DNA of 64,000 nucleotides from Candidatus Scybalocola faecigallinarum (GTDB lineage Bacteria; Bacillota; Clostridia; Lachnospirales; Lachnospiraceae): NCBI GenBank assembly GCA_018711005.1, contig DVIT01000015.1, positions 1,801 to 65,800 of the forward strand, read 5' to 3'. Shown piece by piece: positions 56,788 to 64,000 of this stretch (position 1 is its first letter; each line of letters starts with the position of its first letter). The notes under the pieces were generated by a model. It saw only the letters and a program-made list of their open reading frames with translations, ran no database searches and was not told where the DNA came from. The position numbers and the translations under genes were made by a program.

Positions 56788-57735
56788 CTACTGCGCCAGG
56801 GCATTTTCCAAAAGCTCCAGATTTCTCTCCATAAGATCAATAAATGTGATCCCCTGGTCAAACTCATCCTTAGTTACATTATGGCCGGTCGTAAATACAG
56901 CCGTCCGGATCCTTGTATCCTGGGCAATGGTCTGAGCCACATTGCCGCTGGCCAGTTCCTCATAAAAAATACATGTGTTGTGATTCTCCTCAATATAATC
57001 GATCACACGGATCATATCCGACACACTGGGATCCGACTCTGCGGAACAGGTATGGTATACCGTCTCATAGGTCAGGCCATAGCGGTGGATAAAATAACTG
57101 TAGGCAAATCTTCCGCCAAAAACAATATCCTGCCTCGGACTGCTTTGAACCGTTTCCACAAACGCCTCATCCAGGCCGTTAAGCTGCGCCACATACGCAT
57201 CTGTCCGCTGCTCATAAACATCCTCATTTTCCGGATCCAGCGTCTTAAGGGTATCTCCGATAGCCTGGGCCATAGCCATGGCATTGGTCATATCCAGCCA
57301 ATAGTGGGGGTCATAGCTGCCATGGTGATGTTCATGGCCATCCTCATGCTCATGTTCTTCTTCCTCCCGCAAGGTAACATATTGGGACAGGTCCAGCACA
57401 TAAACGCTGTCATCCAGGCTTTCCACAATCTGGGCGGCCCAGCCTTCCATGGCATCTCCCGTATAAATAAAAACATCACAGGAAGAAATAGCTTCCATGT
57501 CCGCCGGCGTAGGATCAAACATATGGGCCTCCTGCCCTGGTGACAAAAGCATGGTCACATCCCCGTATTCCCCTGCAATATAGCGGGCAAAATCATACTG
57601 GGGAAATAAGGTGCAGATTACCGACAGCTTATTATCCTCTGCCTGGTTCCCGGAAACGCGGCCGCATCCTGAAACCGCCAGCATCATACACGACACGATA
57701 AACACCAGTATCCCGGCTTTCTTCTTTATAATCAC
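56788..57735 (-). CDS. znuA: Zn ABC transporter substrate-binding lipoprotein
   Basis: Lipobox VSG-C, EAHMFDPTP, His-rich loop HEHEDGHEHHH, DPHYWLD. GTG start at 57735 after AAAGGAGG. Confidence 0.9.
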   Translation of the reverse strand: MIIKKKAGILVFIVSCMMLAVSGCGRVSGNQAEDNKLSVICTLFPQYDFARYIAGEYGDVTMLLSPGQEAHMFDPTPADMEAISSCDVFIYTGDAMEGWAAQIVESLDDSVYVLDLSQYVTLREEEEHEHEDGHEHHHGSYDPHYWLDMTNAMAMAQAIGDTLKTLDPENEDVYEQRTDAYVAQLNGLDEAFVETVQSSPRQDIVFGGRFAYSYFIHRYGLTYETVYHTCSAESDPSVSDMIRVIDYIEENHNTCIFYEELASGNVAQTIAQDTRIRTAVFTTGHNVTKDEFDQGITFIDLMERNLELLENALAQ

Positions 57736-57847
57736 GGATAAACCTCCTTTTCCAAGCATTTAAGGTTTCATCTCGTTTAGGATCCCATTTGCGCTGTTTG
57801 TTTTCCCTAACTCTTACTTACACTGCAAAGATTTCGGAAAACACGAA

Positions 57848-57912
57848 TGCGCTATATCCTTACTGAAACCCAGTTTCATTAAGAATATAGCGCACCTGTG
57901 TTTAAATGTCAA
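57848..57912 (-). promoter_or_regulatory. znuA promoter with overlapping palindromic operator (Fur/Zur-like candidate)
   Basis: TTGACA-17 nt-TATATT; 47-bp palindrome 57848-57894 (22-bp arms, 2 mismatches) with core TGAAAC-N3-GTTTCA. Confidence 0.7.
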
Positions 57913-57970
57913 TAACTATTTTCTCACCGCCGCACCGTCCAGGCCAAAGGGCTGCTTCTTTTGGTGTCCC

Positions 57971-58447
57971 TCAGCTGTTTAAAATGCTGCGGCTTACATC
58001 AATCCATCCCAGGCTGTTGGAATATTTAAAAAGCTCCTCACAGCTTAGCTCAATGGCGCTGTTGCTGCTGCCGGCCGCCGGAAATACAGTTTCAAAACGC
58101 TGGAGAGAAATATCCGTATAAACCTTAACAGCATCCCCCACTGCAAAAGGACACACGCCGCCAATGGCATGCCCTGTATATGCATTTACTTCTTCCGGCG
58201 TAAGCATTTTGGCCTTCATATGGAACTGCTTTTTAAACTTGGAATTATCAATCTTCATATCTCCGGCTGTTACTACAAGGATACAGCCATCCTCATCTTT
58301 AAAAGAAAGAGTTTTTGCGATCCTGGCCGGTTCCGTTCCCACAGCTTTGGCCGCCAGCTCCACAGTGGCGCTGGACATGTCCATTTCCCGGATACGGTCC
58401 TCCATGCCAAAAGCCCGGAAATAGTCCCTAACCTTCTCAATGGCCAT
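57971..58447 (-). CDS. YbaK/EbsC (INS superfamily) aminoacyl-tRNA editing protein
   Basis: IAKTLSF, TGHAIGGVCPF, AAGS.NS. Start MAIEK at 58447. Confidence 0.88.
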   Translation of the reverse strand: MAIEKVRDYFRAFGMEDRIREMDMSSATVELAAKAVGTEPARIAKTLSFKDEDGCILVVTAGDMKIDNSKFKKQFHMKAKMLTPEEVNAYTGHAIGGVCPFAVGDAVKVYTDISLQRFETVFPAAGSSNSAIELSCEELFKYSNSLGWIDVSRSILNS

Positions 58448-59108
58448 GGCGGACGCCTCCTTCCGGTCTTTTGGATAAAATATCAAGCATTTCCTTTTTC
58501 AGGGCCACAGCCGCACCGCAGGGATCCTGGGCTGAAAACAGGGCTGACACCACAGCCGCACCGTCCATGAGATGCCCCTGAAGCTGGCGGATATTGTCCA
58601 TGGAAATGCCGCCAATGGCGGTGACAGGAATAGACACGCTGCGGCAGATCTCATCCAGAGTTTCCAGGGACATTTTCTTTGTATCCAGCTTTGTGGCTGA
58701 ACCAAACACAGCCCCGCAGCCAAGATAATCTGCGCCGGCCTGCTCTGCGGCTTTTGCCTGCTCCACAGTTTTCGCCGTAACGCCAATGATCTTATCCTCC
58801 CCTAAGAGCCGACGGACCTGTCCGGCCGCCATATCCGACTGCCCCACATGGACTCCAGCCGCACCGCTGGCCAGGCACACCTGGATATTATCATTAATGA
58901 TCAAGGGAACATGGTACGCATCGGTTACTTTTTTAATCTGCACCGCTTCCCGAAGAAACGCCTCCGGATCCATATCCTTTTCCCGCAGCTGTATCAATGT
59001 TGCGCCGCCTTTTAAAATTTCCTCCACCACAGCCAAAAGACTGCGTCCGCCTAAATGGCTGCGGTCTGTCACGCCATAAAGCGTCAGCAATTCCGGTTTT
59101 ATCTTCAT
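58437..59108 (-). CDS. thiE: Thiamine-phosphate synthase
   Basis: QLREK, IINDN, GVHVGQSD, DYLGCGAVF.S.TK, AIGGI. Confidence 0.93.
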   Translation of the reverse strand: MKIKPELLTLYGVTDRSHLGGRSLLAVVEEILKGGATLIQLREKDMDPEAFLREAVQIKKVTDAYHVPLIINDNIQVCLASGAAGVHVGQSDMAAGQVRRLLGEDKIIGVTAKTVEQAKAAEQAGADYLGCGAVFGSATKLDTKKMSLETLDEICRSVSIPVTAIGGISMDNIRQLQGHLMDGAAVVSALFSAQDPCGAAVALKKEMLDILSKRPEGGVRHGH

Positions 59109-59112
59109 TTCC

Positions 59113-60588
59113 TTATGCCTCCTTATCCACAGCCTTTAACAGCTTTTTAAGTTCTCCAAGGACACTGTCCGTCTCGTACACAGCCGCCCGCTTCGCTGCC
59201 GGAAGGGCGCCGGACACGGCGCAGCTGTACCTGGCGCATAAAAGCATGGACACATCATTTTCATTATCCCCGAAAACCATAGTTTCCTCAGGGGTTATGC
59301 CAAGATGCTCCTGTAAAAACTTTACGCCTGTGCCTTTGCCAATCCCTTTGGGATTAAAATCGATCCACCGGTCTCCGGAAACCGCAATATTCATGCGATC
59401 TCCCCACAAGCTCTGGAAATGCCGCGCAAACGCCTGCACATCTCCGTGAGTATACACAGCGATCTTGCATACCGGCTGATCCAGGTGAAGAATATCATCC
59501 ACTTCCTTCATCCGGAAAAAATACTCCCGGGACAGCATTTCCGTAAATTCCGGATTGGTGCTTTCCGTGAAATAATACTCCGGAGCCGCCATGGCAAAAA
59601 ACACATCGTCAGAATAGTCTTTAACCCCCCGGACGATCTGCTCATACTCTGCTTTTGGAAATGCATGGAAATCCAGATCCTGCCCATTATAATAAAGATT
59701 TCCCCCATTTTCACTGATCAAATATAAAGGCTTTTGGCTGTCTTCAAATAAAGACTGGATACTTGCGCGCTGCCGGCCGCTGGCCACAACAAAGGTAATG
59801 TTCCTCTCCATGAGTGCGTTGACCACATCCATAAAGCCATCCTCCAAACGGGTCTGGCCGCTCTTGATCAAAGTCCCGTCCACATCGCTGATCACCAAAC
59901 GGACCCGGGGATCTGCAGGCATCCCGCTATTTTTCACATCCACAAGATCAAGGATCTCCAGAGGATGGGATAAAATATGATGGGCCTGGTTTTCCTCCAG
60001 CTCCCGGCGGGTACGAAAGCCCCACAAAACGCCTACGGTGTACATGCCTGCGGCATTTCCCGTCATCATATCTACATTGGTATCTCCAAAATACATACAC
60101 GTCTCCGGCCCAACACCAAGGGCCTTTGCAGTCATAAATGCCCCAGCCGGGTCCGGCTTTTTAGGAACAGAGTCCTGCTGCCCCTGCACGTGATCAAACA
60201 CATCCGGGCCAAACAGTTTTGTGACCACATCCAGCACACGGGCGTGGGGCTTGTTGGACAGCACCGCAACTTTAATCCCCCGCGCCTTAAGTCCACGCAG
60301 AACATCCCATATTCCGTCATAAACCTTTACTTTATATGTACAATCTGTCTCAAACTTTTTAGAATAGCTCTCATAAACCTCATTAAAATGGACCAGCTCA
60401 GGATCACCGCCATCCTTCATGGCCCGCTCTACCAATGTTTTTGCACCGTCACCGGCATAATATTTAAAATTATCCACAGGCAAAGCCTTTAATCCGGACT
60501 GGATAAGAGCTTCATTGGCGGCAACAGCCATGGATTCCAATGTATCTGCCAATGTTCCGTCAAGATCAAAAATACACGCTTTTATCAT
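59113..60588 (-). CDS. Two-domain HAD hydrolase fusion (HAD-IA phosphoglycolate-phosphatase-like plus Cof/HAD-IIB)
   Basis: Domain 1: FDLDGTL, SNK, KKPDP, GDTNVD. Domain 2: SDVDGTL, ASGR, K, GDNEND. Confidence 0.88.
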   Translation of the reverse strand: MIKACIFDLDGTLADTLESMAVAANEALIQSGLKALPVDNFKYYAGDGAKTLVERAMKDGGDPELVHFNEVYESYSKKFETDCTYKVKVYDGIWDVLRGLKARGIKVAVLSNKPHARVLDVVTKLFGPDVFDHVQGQQDSVPKKPDPAGAFMTAKALGVGPETCMYFGDTNVDMMTGNAAGMYTVGVLWGFRTRRELEENQAHHILSHPLEILDLVDVKNSGMPADPRVRLVISDVDGTLIKSGQTRLEDGFMDVVNALMERNITFVVASGRQRASIQSLFEDSQKPLYLISENGGNLYYNGQDLDFHAFPKAEYEQIVRGVKDYSDDVFFAMAAPEYYFTESTNPEFTEMLSREYFFRMKEVDDILHLDQPVCKIAVYTHGDVQAFARHFQSLWGDRMNIAVSGDRWIDFNPKGIGKGTGVKFLQEHLGITPEETMVFGDNENDVSMLLCARYSCAVSGALPAAKRAAVYETDSVLGELKKLLKAVDKEA

Positions 60589-60661
60589 ACAGTTCCTCCC
60601 ATTTCTTTCATCAGTCTTGCCGCCGCTTCCGGGCCGGCGAAACGGTTACTTGCCGTCTTTT

Positions 60662-60690
60662 ATTATAGCCAGTGGCTGTATGAAATGCAA
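60662..60690 (-). promoter_or_regulatory. Promoter for the HAD-thiE-ybaK unit
   Basis: TTGCAT-17 nt-TATAAT. Confidence 0.65.
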
Positions 60691-60717
60691 GAAGAACCCT
60701 GTTCCAAATAGCCCCGT

Positions 60718-61791
60718 CTATTTTAAATGCTCATAGGCCTCAATATGGGCCTGTTCAAATTCCGGGATCTTATTATACGCCTCCAGCGCTGTATCAAATA
60801 AATGGAACGCAGTCACTGCCCCTGTGCCTTCTCCAAGACACATGCCGGCGTGGATATAAGCCTCCATCCCCAGGGCATCCAGGACCATCTTTCCCGCAGG
60901 CTCTGCAGAGCAGTGGGAAGGGAACAAATAGGCCCTGCATGCCGGTGCCAGTCTCACGGCTGCCAGGGCTGCCACAGAGGAAATAAAGCCGTCCAGCACA
61001 ACAGGCACCCGGGCTGCCGCCGCTCCAATGCAGCATCCCATCATCCCTGCAATATCCAGTCCGCCCACCTTGGCGATCACATCTAAAATATCCCCTGGAT
61101 CCGGCGCATTGACCTGGATCGCCTTTTTAATGGCATGGATCTTTCGTACCAGCCCTTCTGATGAAAGCCCGGCTCCCCGTCCGGTCACATTTTCCACCGG
61201 ACAGTCCAGGAGCACCGATGCCACAGCGCTGCTGGTGGTTGTATTGCCGATCCCCATTTCTCCCGTAGCAAACAGGCCGTAGCCCTGCTCTTTCAGGGAC
61301 CAAACCATATCTATGCCTGTACATACGGCCCGTACCGCCTGCTCCCGGGTCATGGCCGGCCCTTTAGTCATATTGGCCGTACCGTGACAGATTTTTCTTG
61401 GGATCACGCCGGGACAGTCCACATCCTCATACATGCCTATATCTACAGGAAAAACATCAGCCCCGTTCATCCGGGCCAAAATCGCAACCGTAGCATCCTC
61501 ATGGGTCATATTGCAAGTCACGGTGGTTGTCACATGGTAGTCTGACTGAGCCACCCCTTCTTCCACAACCCCGTTATCTGCTGCCATAACAATAACAGCC
61601 TTTTTTCCCGTATCCGGACATACGCTGCCGTAAATCCCGCCAAGTCTGGCTACCATGTCTTCCAGTCTGCCAAGACTCCCCAGGGGCTTTGCTTTTTTGT
61701 CCCACTGGCGGTAAATCTGATCCATAACCGCTTTATTTAAAGGAGCGATCTGTGAAATGACCGCTCTCAATGCTTCTTCTGTATATTCCAT
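60718..61791 (-). CDS. cobT: Nicotinate-nucleotide-dimethylbenzimidazole phosphoribosyltransferase
   Basis: KPLGSLGRLE, AADNGV, GEMGIGNTT, DGFIS, LGEGTGA. Confidence 0.95.
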   Translation of the reverse strand: MEYTEEALRAVISQIAPLNKAVMDQIYRQWDKKAKPLGSLGRLEDMVARLGGIYGSVCPDTGKKAVIVMAADNGVVEEGVAQSDYHVTTTVTCNMTHEDATVAILARMNGADVFPVDIGMYEDVDCPGVIPRKICHGTANMTKGPAMTREQAVRAVCTGIDMVWSLKEQGYGLFATGEMGIGNTTTSSAVASVLLDCPVENVTGRGAGLSSEGLVRKIHAIKKAIQVNAPDPGDILDVIAKVGGLDIAGMMGCCIGAAAARVPVVLDGFISSVAALAAVRLAPACRAYLFPSHCSAEPAGKMVLDALGMEAYIHAGMCLGEGTGAVTAFHLFDTALEAYNKIPEFEQAHIEAYEHLK

Positions 61792-62408
61792 GATTCCAAA
61801 CCCACCTTATCTTTACAATTCATTTTTCTTACCGTAAAATGCTCCCACTGTTCTTCCACTAAAGAATACCCATCCTGTTCAAAGTTAAAATGCCATGTGC
61901 CTTCTTCTCCCAGACCGCACATAACTGCCAGGATCACCCGCAGCGTCCCATTATGGGCGCAGATCAAAATATTTTCACACCGGGCATTTTTCGCCTGCTC
62001 CATAATTTCCTCAAAGGCATCCCACACCCGCTTAAAAAAATGGGAAAAGGTCTCTCCCCCGCTGGGAGCCGCATGAAGCCAGTCTCTGCACCAGGCATTC
62101 CACGCTTTCGGATACTGCTCCTGCACCTGGTGATAATTCAGCCCTTCCCATTGTCCGAAATTCATTTCATCCAGGCCTTCCATCACATGCCATTTCAAAT
62201 TTCCTTCCGGCACGATCACCGACGCCGTCTGCTGCGCCCGCAGCCTTGAACTTATGTAAACCCCATCAAAATCTACGCCCTGCAAACACTCCCCCAACAT
62301 CTTTGCCTGACTCCATCCATTGTCATTTAAAGGCACATCCATAGCCCCATAATAAGCTTTCGCCTGATTCATGGCTGTTTCCCCATGACGTACAAGAAAA
62401 ATCCGCAT
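61767..62408 (-). CDS. cobC: Histidine phosphatase, alpha-ribazole phosphatase
   Basis: RHGET motif, EMNFG.WEG, AHNG; lies between cobS and cobT. Start at 62408. Confidence 0.85.
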   Translation of the reverse strand: MRIFLVRHGETAMNQAKAYYGAMDVPLNDNGWSQAKMLGECLQGVDFDGVYISSRLRAQQTASVIVPEGNLKWHVMEGLDEMNFGQWEGLNYHQVQEQYPKAWNAWCRDWLHAAPSGGETFSHFFKRVWDAFEEIMEQAKNARCENILICAHNGTLRVILAVMCGLGEEGTWHFNFEQDGYSLVEEQWEHFTVRKMNCKDKVGLESWNIQKKH

Positions 62409-62462
62409 AGTAACCTCTTTCCCGGCCGTTTTTTTTGGCCACACAGGTATCCCCGAAGGGGG
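62409..62462 (-). repeat. Dispersed 5'-UTR repeat, copy 2 (upstream of cobC)
   Basis: ACAGGTATCCCCGAAGGGGG at 62443-62462 and TTTCCCGGCC at 62418-62427. Confidence 0.75.
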
Positions 62463-63215
62463 TCACCATCCAAAGCGCTGCCCTGCCAGCAGGCAAAGCA
62501 AAAATACGATTTCTGTTACTTCGTTTCCGGCCCCCATAGTATCTCCGGTCATTCCTCCGATCTTTCTTTCAATGTAGAAACGGTAGGCCCAAGCTACAGC
62601 CCCAAAAATTACCGGGCACACCAAAAGCCAGCGGCTTCCGTCCAAAAACAGGACCAGATCAATAAGAATAACACCACATAAAAAGCAGGCCGCCATAATA
62701 GGCCCGCTGATCTTTCCAATATAAGATGCCCCAAGGCCCTTCTCCCTTGGATAATGGGCTTTGTACATTAAAATACCCTGAACACATTTCCCGGCTACCG
62801 GCGCCAACAAAATCGCTGAAACCGGATGATCAAGCTGGCATAAGATCAATATTTTCAATCCAATATCAAAAATCGCTGCGATCACGCCATTGGTTCCCAC
62901 GCGGCTGTCCTTCATGATCTCCAGCATCCGCTCCCGGGTTCGGGCAGAATAAATGGCATCCGCTGTATCGCATAATCCATCCAAATGGAACCCTCCGGTC
63001 ACACATAGTTGACATAATACAGCAAAGGCCGCCGCAACGCTTTTGGGCACAATAAATGACAGCAGCACAAAAACAATACAATCAATAATGCCTGTAATAA
63101 CCCCTACAAACGGCCAGTAAGAAACGCCCCGGATGAGCCGTTCATCGGTCACATCAATTTCTTTGTTAATGGGAAGCCGGGTCATTAGCTGCAGTGCTAA
63201 AATAAATGTTTTCAT
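62463..63215 (-). CDS. cobS: Adenosylcobinamide-GDP ribazoletransferase (cobalamin synthase)
   Basis: TGGFHLDGLCDTADA, MKDSRVG..G, GGMTGD..GA..E. Confidence 0.95.
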   Translation of the reverse strand: MKTFILALQLMTRLPINKEIDVTDERLIRGVSYWPFVGVITGIIDCIVFVLLSFIVPKSVAAAFAVLCQLCVTGGFHLDGLCDTADAIYSARTRERMLEIMKDSRVGTNGVIAAIFDIGLKILILCQLDHPVSAILLAPVAGKCVQGILMYKAHYPREKGLGASYIGKISGPIMAACFLCGVILIDLVLFLDGSRWLLVCPVIFGAVAWAYRFYIERKIGGMTGDTMGAGNEVTEIVFLLCLLAGQRFGW

Positions 63216-63787
63216 TTTCCACGTTCCCCCTTGATCTGTACCGGAATCCCGCTGATCACCATATAAACCGAATCGGATACAGCTGCCAGATATTGGTTAA
63301 CTGTCCCTAAAATATCCCTGAAATTTCTCCCAAGGCATGTTTCCGGAACAACACCCAGACCAATCTCATCTGTCACCATAACCAATGGCAGCCCGGCCGC
63401 CCCGCGGCACAATGCCTCAAATGCTTTCATAATATTGTCCAGAGCCTTGCCATAGTCCACCTGTTCAAAATTAAAGTCCTCCCAATCCACATCACCAATA
63501 AAATCAAAAAGCAGATTGGTCACCATTGTGGTCACACTATCCAGCAGGATCCCCTTAAATCCGGCCATTTCCTTGCCGGATAAAACCTCGCCCAGGCCTT
63601 TAAAGCCTTCATAGGTTTCCCAGGCATCTCCCCGGCGCTCACTGTGCTTTCTCACCCGTTCTTCCATCTCCGGATCAGTTACCTGAGCCGTCGCTATATA
63701 CAGCCATGGCCCTTTCCCGTCCTGCATTACAAGCTCCTCGGCAAAGGCACTTTTCCCGCTGCGGCATCCTCCAGTCACTAAAATCAT
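63212..63787 (-). CDS. cobU: Bifunctional adenosylcobinamide kinase/guanylyltransferase
   Basis: GGCRSGKS, YIAT, EM..RV..H..RR, VTDEIGLG, FRD..G..NQ. Confidence 0.95.
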   Translation of the reverse strand: MILVTGGCRSGKSAFAEELVMQDGKGPWLYIATAQVTDPEMEERVRKHSERRGDAWETYEGFKGLGEVLSGKEMAGFKGILLDSVTTMVTNLLFDFIGDVDWEDFNFEQVDYGKALDNIMKAFEALCRGAAGLPLVMVTDEIGLGVVPETCLGRNFRDILGTVNQYLAAVSDSVYMVISGIPVQIKGERGK

Positions 63788-64000
63788 ATTGCTCCCTTAC
63801 CTTTCGTGTATTATAATCTACTTGACCCGCAAAACACCAAAAAGCAGCCATTTTTCCCAGAAAAATGAGCGGATTTGAGGTGTTTTAGGGTCAAAAGGTC
63901 CTATCTCATCATAACCTTATCAAATTTTTCAGACCAATGCTATAAATTTTTTTAAATGGATTGGCACTTTAAACGTTATTATAATTAAGGAGAAACATCA

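Noticed and set aside
60589-60660. TPP riboswitch upstream of HAD-thiE
   Set aside because: The UTR is too short and lacks the CTGAGA/CCTGA core; it has only a GC hairpin.
47331-63900. 14-bp match AGGGTCAAAAGGTC at 47331 and 63887
   Set aside because: Several 14-mer matches are expected by chance in 64 kb, and the flanking structure is not shared.
1-64000. tRNA, rRNA, integrase or phage genes
   Set aside because: None recognised by eye. A tRNAscan or HMM run would be needed to exclude degenerate copies.

Overview
Chromosomal window from a Lachnospiraceae-like Clostridiales bacterium; most genes lie on the minus strand. It has three zones. (1) 1-17,770 is an accessory island directly downstream of the rplQ terminator. 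It holds a class II lanthipeptide module that the ORF track misses: a LanM dehydratase reading frame running off the left edge, and a 43-aa Cys/Ser/Thr-tailed precursor at 1896-2027. The precursor overlaps an AgrC-like GHKL kinase preceded by an AgrA-like LytTR regulator, giving the agrACDB layout with lanA/lanM in place of agrD/agrB. The island also has an Rpn nuclease with a probable internal-start antitoxin, a second paralogous LytTR/GHKL pair, and seven MacB/FtsX-type permeases served by one ATPase. (2) 17,873-35,910 is the S10-spc-alpha ribosomal protein superoperon. It includes an unlisted rpmJ, an S10 leader, a lipoprotein inserted between secY and adk, and several structured palindromic intergenic elements. 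(3) 36,035-64,000 holds housekeeping and metabolic genes: a truncated AAA protein, MFS transporter, methyltransferases, AzlCD, YbaK paralogues, a degenerate TmcAL paralogue, a hybrid kinase, RlmD preceded by a cobalamin riboswitch, ZnuABC with a palindromic operator, ThiE, a HAD-HAD fusion, and cobU-cobS-cobC-cobT. No rRNA, tRNA or CRISPR array was seen. All family assignments come from motif recognition by eye, not from database searches.
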